Shown here one piece after another: positions 36,753 through 45,486 of a DNA stretch of 64,000 nt. The position numbers and the translations under genes are program-made. The DNA comes from an uncultured Gammaproteobacteria bacterium (GTDB lineage Bacteria > Patescibacteriota > Patescibacteriia > Patescibacteriales > GWE2-39-37): the NCBI GenBank assembly GCA_964443495.1, contig CAYUCS010000001.1, positions 213,496-277,495 on the forward strand, written 5' to 3'. Positions within the stretch are counted from its first letter, which is position 1. Each line of letters begins with the position of its first letter. The notes under the pieces were generated by a model. It did not search any database and was not told the DNA's origin. It was given only the letters and a program-made list of their open reading frames with translations.

Positions 36753-37982
36753 ATGAATAAGGCGATTTACAAATACGCGATTTTAGTCCTCTTGGCTTTG
36801 ATTTTCGCATTTGTCTTCTTTAATCTGCGCAGCAAGCGGGCGGCGCAGAATGGCGATGGCGCTAAAGTGGCAGTCGGCCAGGAGGCCAATGCCGAAGAGG
36901 CAAAAAAAGAGGAAAAGAGAACTGAGGCGGTCGTCGAGGACGGCGACGTCTTCAGCAAGATCGGTGCCAGGGGCGGCTTGGATGCGGCGACGTGTTACGC
37001 GATTTATGACGCCGTCAAGGAAGTTTATGACTTGGCCAAGCTGCGGGTCGGCAACAAGCTCTATTTTTACCCCGATGAGGCCGGCACGATTTACAAGCTG
37101 ATGTACGCTGTCGATAATGACCGTGAGCTATATATAGAAAAGGATGTCGCCGGGCGATGGGCGGCCAGGTTGGAAAATATAGTTTATGAGGTCAAGGAAA
37201 AGACCGTCGAAGGCACGATCGACTCGTCGCTTTATGAGTCCGCCTTGGCAGCCGGCGCTGATGAGCGGGCCGTGCTGCAGTTCGCTGAAGGTCTGGAATG
37301 GAGCATTGATTTTGCCAACGATCCGCGGGTCGGCGACCGATATAAGTTCGTTTACGAAGAGCGTTATCGTGACGGCAAGTTCGTCATGCCGGGCAAAGTC
37401 TTGGCCGGAGCGTATCAGAACGGCGATAAGCTGTATCAGACTTTCTATTTTGAAGAATCGGAAGACAACAAGGGCTATTTCGATGAGAACGGCAATTCTG
37501 TCCAGAAGATGTTCCTGAAGGCGCCGCTCGCCTTCAAGTACATTTCTTCTCCGTTTACCACCGGACGCCGCTACGTCGAAGCCTTCAGCGTTTCGACCAA
37601 GCACCGGGCTATCGATTATGCGGCTGCCCAGGGTACGCCGATCAGGGCGATCGGCGACGGCACGGTGACGCGAGCCGGCTGGGCGGCCGGTTACGGCAAC
37701 TTCACTTCGATCAGGCACAACGGCACATATTCGACTAACTACGGGCATCAGTCGAAGATCATCGTCAAGCGCGGCCAAAGGGTGCGGCAAGGCGAGGTGA
37801 TCGGTTATGTCGGCTCGACCGGCTTTTCCACCGGGCCGCATCTGCATTTCGAGATGGAAAAGGACGGCGTCCAAGTCAATCCGGCTAACGAGATCATGCC
37901 GCCAGGCAAGCCGATCGGCGAGTCGAGGAAAGCCGATTTCGTCAAAGCGATCGAACAACTGAAAGAGAAGATCAGGATTTGA
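36753..37982 (+). CDS. M23 family metalloendopeptidase (peptidoglycan hydrolase), membrane-anchored
   Basis: HRAIDYAA, GDG.V..AGW..GYGN...I.H, and GSTGFSTGPHLHFE (HxH) motifs. N-terminal TM YAILVLLALIFAFVFF. Confidence 0.88.
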   Translation: MNKAIYKYAILVLLALIFAFVFFNLRSKRAAQNGDGAKVAVGQEANAEEAKKEEKRTEAVVEDGDVFSKIGARGGLDAATCYAIYDAVKEVYDLAKLRVGNKLYFYPDEAGTIYKLMYAVDNDRELYIEKDVAGRWAARLENIVYEVKEKTVEGTIDSSLYESALAAGADERAVLQFAEGLEWSIDFANDPRVGDRYKFVYEERYRDGKFVMPGKVLAGAYQNGDKLYQTFYFEESEDNKGYFDENGNSVQKMFLKAPLAFKYISSPFTTGRRYVEAFSVSTKHRAIDYAAAQGTPIRAIGDGTVTRAGWAAGYGNFTSIRHNGTYSTNYGHQSKIIVKRGQRVRQGEVIGYVGSTGFSTGPHLHFEMEKDGVQVNPANEIMPPGKPIGESRKADFVKAIEQLKEKIRI

Positions 37983-37994
37983 TATACGAACGAT

Positions 37995-38018
37995 AAAACA
38001 GGCTCTTGGGCCTGTTTT
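37995..38018 (+). terminator. Rho-independent terminator after the M23 peptidase gene
   Basis: aaacaggc ... gcctgtttt hairpin with a T-run. Confidence 0.6.
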
Positions 38019-38485
38019 ATCGTTGGGGAAACTTTTTGTTCAAGCAGAGCCCAGTATTAATATTTGCTTAATGAGCAATGAATATGATGTATTCAACATG
38101 CTGCGACCTTGCGCAGCTATTGTCGAAACCGGACATGCGCGCGTTTCGGCAGGTGAAATAAATAAAACAATATTATGCACGCTATCGGTTATAAAAAAGA
38201 AGAAGAGACCGGATTTCATTCTTCGGCTCTGCGCGACGAATCCGAATATGACGCGGCGATGTTCGAATATTTCAAAGCCAAACGCGACCAGCCCGCCGCT
38301 CGCGGCGTAGTTGGCGATCATGCGGCGTCCGATGCCAGGGCCTGTTTTTCTTCATTCGTGTCATGGGTCAGGCGCCTGCTGGGCCTGACATGACTGGCTA
38401 GTTTTAATGATTATTTAATGTACCAAGATTAGAATAGAATTGATATAATGTGGATAAGGAGGCATTAATTATTAGATATAAGACT

Positions 38486-40141
38486 ATGAAGAGGCTTTTG
38501 AGCAAATTACTGCTAGTCGCCCTGATGCTCAATCTTGCCTTGCCGGTCAGCGTTATTGCCGCTCCACGTTTCAATTACAGCCGGTTTACAGTGGCTCAAA
38601 GCTGGGTCAATGGCAAGGATGAATATTGGCATATCGTGCCTGTCGGAGAAAAGACGGAATTCCGTCTCGGAGAAAAGGTCCAATTTTTCGCCCAGATCGG
38701 TCCGGTCGATTACGCTCATCAGTGGCGCCTCGTGCTTTACCGTGATGGGCGTCAGTATAAGGTGCAGAATAACCCTAAATTCAGCCCCGGCCAGTATAAT
38801 GGATGGAATTATTCCAACTTCGTGCCGTTTATGACAAATCTCCCGATCGGCGAATATCGGGCCAATTATCAGCTTGATTCAGGCAGCGGCTTCGAGACGT
38901 TAGCCAGTGTGAATTTCAGGGTTGTCAATGACAATTCATCTTCAGGCGGCTATGTCCTTGCCAAGGCCGTTGTCGCGTCTGGTTGGAGATACGGCTCAAG
39001 CGACTACTGGAATATCGAGGCGACGGGGCAGAAGACGACATTCAACCAAGGTGAAACGGTCTATCTCGTTTCCCAGTTAAAGAACATCACAGTCGATCAT
39101 CGCTACAAGCTCGAGCTGTATCGGACAGACGGCCGCCGAAACAGGGTTTTTGAGAATGTCACCCCCTGGAACCGTGTCGGCCAGGGCTGGACTTACAGCA
39201 ACTATCAGCCGTATTACAGCAACGCGGAAATAGGCAATTACCAATTCCGCCTGTCAATCGATACCGGCAGCGGCTGGACCAGCCTGGCAACCAAGACTTT
39301 CAGGGTTGTGAGCCAGCGAGACAATCCCCGTCGCCCTTATTATTACGACCGCACTACCGTCTCTAGGGGCTGGCAGAACGGCTCCGGCTCCGAATATTGG
39401 AACGTCCGCCCGGTGGATCCGCGCAACAGCTTCAATTACGGCGATGACGTATTCGCTGTATCGGTGGTTCGCAATATCATCGAGGACTACCAATGGAAAG
39501 CCGAGCTTTACCGCAACGGGCAATTGGTCTGGCAGGACGCCACGCCTTGGCGCAATGTCGGCATGGGCCATGCTTATGGCAGCTATTATCCGGAATATCA
39601 CAACGCCTTGCCTGGCAGTTATGAATGGCGCATTTACTTGAATACCGGCACCGGCTGGCAACTTCTGGACACCAAGAATTTCACAGTTTCGGATAATTGG
39701 GGAGGTCCGACCTGCAACAGCGGCAACAATTATTGCAATTATGACTGCCGCTATTACGGCAGCTGCTTCACGGACGCTAAATGGACTTATAACGGCGCGA
39801 CAGTGGCGGAAAATTGGAAGCCTTATGGCAACGATCAGCGCAATCTGCAGCCGGTCAACCCTCGAACCAATTTCAGTCGAGGCGCCACGGTCTATGTCGT
39901 GGCTCAGGCGCGGGATGTCAGGATCGATCACCGCTGGAGCGTCGAGGCTTATCGTAATAATGCCTTGCTTTGGACTTTTAAGACTCCATGGAACAGGGTC
40001 AATAATACGACTTGGCCTTATAGCAGCGTTGTGACCAGCAACTACAATTCCGATTACGGCAACTATGAGTTCAGGATATTCTTCGATGACGGCTCCGGTT
40101 TCAGGCAGGTCGATAGCAAATATTTTTACGTCAATTATTGA
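38486..40141 (+). CDS. Secreted protein built from four ~120-aa repeats of an unassigned Trp/Tyr-rich domain plus a Cys-rich linker
   Basis: TATAAT at 38444-38449 makes the track start at 38450 unlikely, so I use ATG 38486, which gives signal peptide MKRLLSKLLLVALMLNLALPVSVIAA. Repeat pattern: W.NG...YWN..P....F..GE.V......(N/D)....H..K.ELYR.G........PW..VG.GW.YSN..P.....IG.Y.....(L/I)D.GSG...L....F.V. Confidence 0.7.
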   Translation: MKRLLSKLLLVALMLNLALPVSVIAAPRFNYSRFTVAQSWVNGKDEYWHIVPVGEKTEFRLGEKVQFFAQIGPVDYAHQWRLVLYRDGRQYKVQNNPKFSPGQYNGWNYSNFVPFMTNLPIGEYRANYQLDSGSGFETLASVNFRVVNDNSSSGGYVLAKAVVASGWRYGSSDYWNIEATGQKTTFNQGETVYLVSQLKNITVDHRYKLELYRTDGRRNRVFENVTPWNRVGQGWTYSNYQPYYSNAEIGNYQFRLSIDTGSGWTSLATKTFRVVSQRDNPRRPYYYDRTTVSRGWQNGSGSEYWNVRPVDPRNSFNYGDDVFAVSVVRNIIEDYQWKAELYRNGQLVWQDATPWRNVGMGHAYGSYYPEYHNALPGSYEWRIYLNTGTGWQLLDTKNFTVSDNWGGPTCNSGNNYCNYDCRYYGSCFTDAKWTYNGATVAENWKPYGNDQRNLQPVNPRTNFSRGATVYVVAQARDVRIDHRWSVEAYRNNALLWTFKTPWNRVNNTTWPYSSVVTSNYNSDYGNYEFRIFFDDGSGFRQVDSKYFYVNY

Positions 40142-40152
40142 GCAGTTAAAAA

Positions 40153-40179
40153 ATAGAGCCCCTAGGGGCTCTATTTTTT
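40153..40179 (+). terminator. Rho-independent terminator
   Basis: atagagcccc/ggggctctat palindrome followed by T6. Confidence 0.7.
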
Positions 40180-40211
40180 GTTGTGCCATGTTTTTTTATT
40201 AAGGCCGATTG

Positions 40212-40220
40212 TGGTATAAT
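40212..40220 (+). promoter_or_regulatory. Extended -10 promoter element TGGTATAAT
   Basis: The same 9-mer also occurs at 45400-45408 and 57224-57232. It sits between a terminator and the next ORF. Confidence 0.5.
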
Positions 40221-40227
40221 AATAGTT

Positions 40228-42660
40228 GTGAATAACAAAACTCAAAAAACGTCCAAGGCAAAAAAAGCGCTAAAATCTCACGAGCCGGAACGCCATTCAT
40301 GGTTCAAAAAATTCAGCGTCGCCGGGGAGGATTTTACGATCAACTTCAGCATCAAGCAGAAGCCGGTCAGGGAGGCGAATAAGAGCTACTTGTTCAAGCA
40401 TCGCAAGGAGATTAAAGGCGGTCTTGCCTATGGCGCCCAGGCTTTTGTCGCCGTATTCTTGCTGACCGTGATTGTCAGCATGCTGTCTTGGTCGGCCTTG
40501 ATCTGGAACAAATCGGTGCAGGATCGGTATCGTCCGATTCAATTATTGCGTTCGACTTTGGGTAACTTCGGCCAATTGGCTATGGACACGATATCCGGGC
40601 AGAATCAGGCAGCGGCTTCATCGACCGCTCCTTCGATTTTTTCATTGATAAAAGAAGGCATTAAGAAAGAAATCGGCAACATCGCCTCGGGCGCCAAGAA
40701 GCTGGCCTCCAAGCCCAGCCCGGCGAAAAAACCGAACACGGCCAGTCCGCCGCCCGCCGCTTCAAGCGCTCCACCTGCCGTTACGACCAGCACTCCTAAG
40801 AACGCACCCGCGACCTCGACGACTCCGGTCGTGGCTAAGGCGACCACCACGCCGGCGAAGGCTACGACGACTCCGGTCGTGGCTAAGGCGACCACCACGC
40901 CGGCGAAGGCTACGACGACTCCGGTCGTGGCTAAGGAGACCACCACGCCGGCCACCACCACGCCCATAGCCAAGGCGCCAGAACCAGAAACAACGCCACA
41001 GACAATAGTTAGATACGTGGAAACACCGACCGTGGTTTACCCCAACACGACCATTACCGTCTCGCCACCAGCATTGACTAGTTCTACTGCTGCTTCTTTT
41101 GCTTACACCTCCGATAAGGCGGTCGTGATTTATGAATATAAGCTTGATAGCGGCTCGTGGACTTCGGCTGGCAGCAGCGTAACGCTGACCGGTCTGGCCG
41201 AGGGCAATCATGTCTTTATGGCTAGGAGTACGGATTCGGTCGGGCCGGATCCATCACCAGCCCAGTTCGATTGGCGCGTTGATTTGACGCCGCCAGTCGT
41301 CAATTTTGTCGCCGCGCCGGCCAGTTCGACCAATCAAACCTCTGCTGCGTTCGAATTCGGCGCTAATGAACTGGCAACATATCGCTATAAGATAGATTTA
41401 GGGGACTGGGTTACCAGCACCGCTGCCACGACTTCCTTTGCCGGATTAACCGAGGGGTATCACAAGCTTTATCTTTATGGCGTCGATTCTTTGGGCTTCG
41501 TCGGTTCGACGATCGAGTCGAATTGGCTGATCGACCTGCTGCCGCCATCCGCCTATCTCGATGAAGTGCCTCAAACGACGGCGCTCGAAGATTATGCGAC
41601 TAATGGCCTGACCGTGAGCTTCGGCGGCTCGGACCAGAACATGCCCAACGGCAGCGGTGTTTTCAGTTACGATGTCGAATATGCCGTCGATTCGGGTGCT
41701 TGGCAGCAATGGAACCAAGCCCTGGAGCAGAATTATGCCGTTTTCGGCCAGCAAATGAACGAGGGGCAGATCGTGGATTTCCGGGTGCGCGCCCGTGATG
41801 CCGCCGGCAACCTGGGCGATTGGGGAGAGGTCAGGCAGACCAGGTTCGCCAGCGTCCGCCCAGACCACATGGTACTGAGCGAGGTGCAGATCAGCGGCGA
41901 TAGCGCGACCGACGAGTTCATCGAATTGTATAATCCGACCGGTGACGCCATTACTTTGGCGACATCCGAATACGTTCTCAGCTTCAAGGATGCCGCCGGC
42001 AATGAAACCGTCTTGGTCGATGACTTCATGAATATGCAGATCGACTCGCACGGATATGTCCTTGTCGCCTCGGCTGACTACAGCGGCGGTGCGACCCCTG
42101 ACATAAGCTATCCGCCTACGAGCGAAGTGCCGTCGAACGCGACGGTCATCCTTAAGCGATCCGGCACGGTAATCGACAAGCTCGGTTTCGGCACGGCGCT
42201 AGAGTTCGAATTGGCGCAGTTTGCCGACAATCCTGGACCTTACGAGAGCTTGGAGCGCAAAGCTGCGGCAACTTCGTCGTCCGGAACCATGGTTGATGGC
42301 GCGGTGCATCATCTTTCCGGTAACGGTTATGATAGCAATAGCAACGCCGAGGATTTCGTTTTGAAGATACAGTCCGAGCCGCAGAATGTGGATAGCGGCA
42401 CGGAGTTAGCCTACGCTTCGATGATTGACCTGAGGTTGGCGGCTGCCAAAGCTGCTTCGCTTATCGGCGACGCCTGGTTCGCCTTGATCAAAGGCTGGAT
42501 CAATCCGGCCCGTCTTGATACGATCGATGTTTTTATCGATGAAGCAATCGGCAGCCTGGCTTCAGGAATGGCGGCTGTGCAGCTCGCGCTTGAAAGGTTC
42601 GAGGAGGATTGGCAATATTTTTCGACCAGATTGGTCAGTAGGATTATATCTAAAGCATAA
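40228..42660 (+). CDS. Membrane-anchored surface protein with a Thr/Pro-rich tandem repeat, Ig-like modules and a lamin-tail (LTD) domain
   Basis: The start is uncertain. GTG 40228 lies just after the -10 element (near-leaderless), while the track ORF opens at 40183. TM AQAFVAVFLLTVIVSMLSWSAL. LTD signature MVLSEVQISGDSATDEFIELYNPTGDAITL. Confidence 0.7.
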   Translation: MNNKTQKTSKAKKALKSHEPERHSWFKKFSVAGEDFTINFSIKQKPVREANKSYLFKHRKEIKGGLAYGAQAFVAVFLLTVIVSMLSWSALIWNKSVQDRYRPIQLLRSTLGNFGQLAMDTISGQNQAAASSTAPSIFSLIKEGIKKEIGNIASGAKKLASKPSPAKKPNTASPPPAASSAPPAVTTSTPKNAPATSTTPVVAKATTTPAKATTTPVVAKATTTPAKATTTPVVAKETTTPATTTPIAKAPEPETTPQTIVRYVETPTVVYPNTTITVSPPALTSSTAASFAYTSDKAVVIYEYKLDSGSWTSAGSSVTLTGLAEGNHVFMARSTDSVGPDPSPAQFDWRVDLTPPVVNFVAAPASSTNQTSAAFEFGANELATYRYKIDLGDWVTSTAATTSFAGLTEGYHKLYLYGVDSLGFVGSTIESNWLIDLLPPSAYLDEVPQTTALEDYATNGLTVSFGGSDQNMPNGSGVFSYDVEYAVDSGAWQQWNQALEQNYAVFGQQMNEGQIVDFRVRARDAAGNLGDWGEVRQTRFASVRPDHMVLSEVQISGDSATDEFIELYNPTGDAITLATSEYVLSFKDAAGNETVLVDDFMNMQIDSHGYVLVASADYSGGATPDISYPPTSEVPSNATVILKRSGTVIDKLGFGTALEFELAQFADNPGPYESLERKAAATSSSGTMVDGAVHHLSGNGYDSNSNAEDFVLKIQSEPQNVDSGTELAYASMIDLRLAAAKAASLIGDAWFALIKGWINPARLDTIDVFIDEAIGSLASGMAAVQLALERFEEDWQYFSTRLVSRIISKA
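40819..40953 (+). repeat. Perfect 48-bp tandem repeat, ~2.8 copies, in frame (TTPVVAKATTTPAKAT)
   Basis: 40819-40866 and 40867-40914 are identical by my reading. A third partial copy has a G->A change (gcg->gag). Confidence 0.85.
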
Positions 42661-42662
42661 TT

Positions 42663-43097
42663 ATGCACCACATAGATGATGAGATAATGATGTATATGGC
42701 TGAGAGCCATGCCGAGCTCGATCGGTTGATCGGACAAATCGGCGAGGCTGAAGAGAATGATGAACGTGCGGGGCTGTTCGGCGAATTCAAGTCCAAGCTT
42801 GAAAAGCACATGCTGACCGAGGAGCAGAGCATCTTCAGCCTTGATGACCTGGCCGGCGGACCCATAGTCGAGGTCGTCAGGAAGCTGTATAAGGATCATA
42901 ACAAAATGAAAAGCGAAATGACGGCGGTGGAGGCCGATATAAAAAATCGTCAAACTCCAAAATTGACCGGGTTCATTCAGCTGCTATTCGGCCATCATCA
43001 TCTCGAGGACGAAACGTTGTATCCATACCTTGATCATCACTTGCCGCCCGGTCAAAAAGACATTATTTTGCGTGAGATCAGATCGAATCTTGATTAG
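42663..43097 (+). CDS. Hemerythrin-like (HHE cation-binding) domain protein
   Basis: Spaced His/Glu pattern: H..E.......F......EKH...EE..(F/L) and HH.LEDE.LYP.LD. Confidence 0.45.
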   Translation: MHHIDDEIMMYMAESHAELDRLIGQIGEAEENDERAGLFGEFKSKLEKHMLTEEQSIFSLDDLAGGPIVEVVRKLYKDHNKMKSEMTAVEADIKNRQTPKLTGFIQLLFGHHHLEDETLYPYLDHHLPPGQKDIILREIRSNLD

Positions 43098-43111
43098 ATA
43101 AATCGCAACCC

Positions 43112-43720
43112 ATGCTTGTCAGAAAAAAATTCATAGCCATAGCGCCCGTTTTAGCCATTTTGGGCATGGTTTGCCCGCAATCCGTTTCCCTGGTATCGGC
43201 CGAGGATCTGTTTTCCGGTCAGGCTTTCCGTCAGAACGAGGCGGCCTTGTCCGGGGTCCAGGAAATAGCGCCGCTGGCGCCGGCGAACGAGGAGCGTGAT
43301 TATGTCCGAAGCGCCTCGCTCAGTATCGATTCGGAGCTGTCTTCGACGGTGGCTTTTGGCCAGACCGTGAGCGTCAAGCTGACCGTTACGCCGGGGGAGA
43401 CGGCTATTAATGTGGCCAAGGCCAGCCTGGCTTATTCCTCGGACACTTTGAAACTGGTGGCCGTCGATAGCGAGGGGTCGCCGTTTTCCATGATTTTCGA
43501 TGACCAAGCCGGGGCAGGGGAGGTGGCCGTGACGGCGATGCGGCCAGCGCCAGGCATTAGCGCCAAATCGCAAGTGGCGGAATTGTATTTTATCGCGGTA
43601 GCGGCCGGCGAGGCCAGGATAGATTTTCAGCCAGATTCAGTCGTCTTGGCCAATGATGGTCACGGATCAGATGTTCTGGCCTCGGCGCAAGGCCTGGTCT
43701 TCGGGATATCGGAGTACTAG
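43112..43720 (+). CDS. Secreted cohesin-like domain protein
   Basis: Signal peptide FIAIAPVLAILGMVCPQSVSLVSA. The pattern V.VKLTV.PG...INVAKASLAYSSDTLKLVAV...GSPFS...D....GEV.V is reminiscent of cohesin modules. Confidence 0.45.
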   Translation: MLVRKKFIAIAPVLAILGMVCPQSVSLVSAEDLFSGQAFRQNEAALSGVQEIAPLAPANEERDYVRSASLSIDSELSSTVAFGQTVSVKLTVTPGETAINVAKASLAYSSDTLKLVAVDSEGSPFSMIFDDQAGAGEVAVTAMRPAPGISAKSQVAELYFIAVAAGEARIDFQPDSVVLANDGHGSDVLASAQGLVFGISEY

Positions 43721-43737
43721 GAGCTCATTATCTGCTT

Positions 43738-43761
43738 CGCCCGTAGTGGGGCGCTTTTTTT
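43738..43761 (+). terminator. Rho-independent terminator
   Basis: Short GC stem cgccc/gggcg followed by T7. Confidence 0.55.
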
Positions 43762-43832
43762 GTTTTTGGGCTAGTATGGACAAAAGAGCGGAAATCTGTT
43801 ATTCTTTGGTGGTATTTAAATAAATTTTTCAT

Positions 43833-45284
43833 ATGGCAGAAGAAGTAGTATTGAGGTTTGACGAAGTCAGCTTCGAATATGTCCACAAAAAGCCGACCTT
43901 AGACGAGGCCAGCTTCAGCGTTCGCAAAGGCTCGAAAATTACCTTGATGGGCCAGAATGGAGCCGGCAAGAGCACATTGTTCGGCCTGATCAAGGGCGAA
44001 CTTAAGCCTAAAGAAGGCAAAATTTCTATCCAGAACGGGGCGACCATCGGTACCGCCAAGCAAACGGTGGCGCGGGAAGATTTGGATTTGTCGGTCAAGG
44101 AGTATTTTGAAAAAGCCTTCGAGGTGGTGCCGGGGAATATCGGCTCCAAGATCGCCAAGGCGATGGATGCGGTCAATCTGACGGTGCCGACCGACCGCCG
44201 AGTCGGCGACATGTCCGGCGGACAGCAGGCCCGCCTGCTTTTAGCGTTCGCCTTGATCCAAGACCCGGACATCCTGCTTTTGGACGAGCCGACCAATAAT
44301 TTGGACAAAGAGGGCATCGATCACTTGGTAACCTTCCTGATAATGTATGAAAAGACGGTCATCGTCATTTCGCATGACGCTGATTTTTTGAATTGCTTCA
44401 CCGAGGGAGTTATTTATCTGGATATCCATACGCACAAGATCGAGGCTTATGTCGGCGATTATTTCACCGTGGTGGAGGAGATCGGCAAGAGGATCGAGCG
44501 TGAAAAGATGAAGAATGCCCAGCTCCTGAAGCAGATTCAAGACCGCAAAGAGAAGGTCAATTTTTTCGCCAACAAGGGCGGTAAGATGCGCAAATTGGCA
44601 TCCAAGATGAAAGATGAGATCGAGGAGGCAGAGGAAAACATGGTGGATGTCCGCAAAGAGGACCGCACCATCCGCAAGTTCACGATTCCGGTACAAGACG
44701 TCAGCGGCGAGATCGTTAAGATCGAGTCGGTCAAGGTCATCAGCAACCATGAGCCGGTCGTCAAGCCGGTCGATATCGTCCTGCGCAAGCGCAGCCGCCT
44801 TTTGGTTTCCGGGCCGAACGGCATCGGCAAGAGCACTTTTTTGCGCAACTTGGTATCGCATACCCACGAGGGTGCCAAGATTATGGAGGGCATCCGGGTC
44901 GGCTATTACAGTCAAGATTTTGCCACTTTGGATTTCAGCCACACCGTGTTCGAGTCGCTGCGCGAGGCGGCGGCCGATGGAATCGACGACCAGGAGATGA
45001 TGACCGTAGCTGGCGGCTTCATGGTGGCCGGCAGCCTTTTGGGGCAATCCGTCGGCGCCTTGTCGGAAGGGCAGAAGGGCTTGCTGTCTTTCGCCCGGCT
45101 GGTCTTGATGAGACCGGCCATCATCATCCTGGATGAGCCGACCAACCATATCAATTTTCGCCACATCCCGGTCATCGCCGAGGCGGTCAACGACTTCGAG
45201 GGGGCGATTATCATGATCAGTCACATGCCGGAGTTCGTTAGGGAAATCAAGTTTACGGACGAGCTGGATCTTGGCAAGCTATAA
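43833..45284 (+). CDS. ABC-F family ATPase (two ABC domains, no TM domain)
   Basis: Walker A GQNGAGKST and GPNGIGKST; signatures MSGGQQARL and LSEGQKGLL; Walker B LLLDEPTNNLD and IILDEPTNHI; charged interdomain linker. Confidence 0.88.
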   Translation: MAEEVVLRFDEVSFEYVHKKPTLDEASFSVRKGSKITLMGQNGAGKSTLFGLIKGELKPKEGKISIQNGATIGTAKQTVAREDLDLSVKEYFEKAFEVVPGNIGSKIAKAMDAVNLTVPTDRRVGDMSGGQQARLLLAFALIQDPDILLLDEPTNNLDKEGIDHLVTFLIMYEKTVIVISHDADFLNCFTEGVIYLDIHTHKIEAYVGDYFTVVEEIGKRIEREKMKNAQLLKQIQDRKEKVNFFANKGGKMRKLASKMKDEIEEAEENMVDVRKEDRTIRKFTIPVQDVSGEIVKIESVKVISNHEPVVKPVDIVLRKRSRLLVSGPNGIGKSTFLRNLVSHTHEGAKIMEGIRVGYYSQDFATLDFSHTVFESLREAAADGIDDQEMMTVAGGFMVAGSLLGQSVGALSEGQKGLLSFARLVLMRPAIIILDEPTNHINFRHIPVIAEAVNDFEGAIIMISHMPEFVREIKFTDELDLGKL

Positions 45285-45304
45285 ATTTATCATCATCATA
45301 TAAT

Positions 45305-45340
45305 AAGACACCCTGCCTGCGGGCAGGGTGTCTTATTATT
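45305..45340 (+). terminator. Rho-independent terminator after the ABC-F gene
   Basis: 13-bp perfect stem aagacaccctgcc/ggcagggtgtctt, loop tgcg, T-rich tail. Confidence 0.8.
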
Positions 45341-45378
45341 TTCTTAAATCTAGAACTTTCCGATCGTATTTATTTCTC

Positions 45379-45408
45379 TTGCACCGTTTTGGTGCATTGT
45401 GGTATAAT
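45379..45408 (+). promoter_or_regulatory. Promoter of the giant-protein operon (TTGCAC - 18 nt - TGGTATAAT)
   Basis: -35 element at 45379-45384 and extended -10 at 45400-45408. The inverted repeat gcacc-gtttt-ggtgc (45381-45395) overlaps the -35 and spacer. Confidence 0.6.
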
Positions 45409-45416
45409 ATCCACAT

Positions 45417-45464
45417 AATCTCGAGGGTCGAGAAAATCCGTTTTTAAAATCTCGAGGGTCGAGA
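45417..45464 (+). promoter_or_regulatory. Two identical 17-bp operator-like sites, each containing the palindrome TCTCGA-GGG-TCGAGA
   Basis: aatctcgagggtcgaga occurs at 45417-45433 and 45448-45464, a 31-bp centre-to-centre spacing. The sites begin 9 nt after the -10 element and lie upstream of the HTH gene. Confidence 0.6.
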
Positions 45465-45486
45465 TTTAAATAAAATTAGCAAAAAT

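Noticed and set aside
38023-38450. Three overlapping small ORFs (95 aa +, 93 aa -, 72 aa +) in the M23 / repeat-protein intergenic region.
   Set aside because: They have no SD sequences, exclude each other and show no family resemblance. The 72-aa ORF (38175..38393) ends near a 7-bp hairpin (gtcaggc/gcctgac) but has no T-run. I left the region unannotated, though a small gene or RNA cannot be excluded.
40819-40953. A 48-bp tandem repeat considered as a CRISPR or mobile-element remnant.
   Set aside because: The units are contiguous with no spacers, in frame, and encode a Thr/Pro-rich spacer within a long ORF.
45417-45464. Direct repeats that might be taken for a mini CRISPR array.
   Set aside because: There are only two copies of 17 bp with a 14-nt spacer. 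They are internally palindromic, positioned between a promoter and a start codon, and there are no cas genes, so an operator or leader structure is the better reading.
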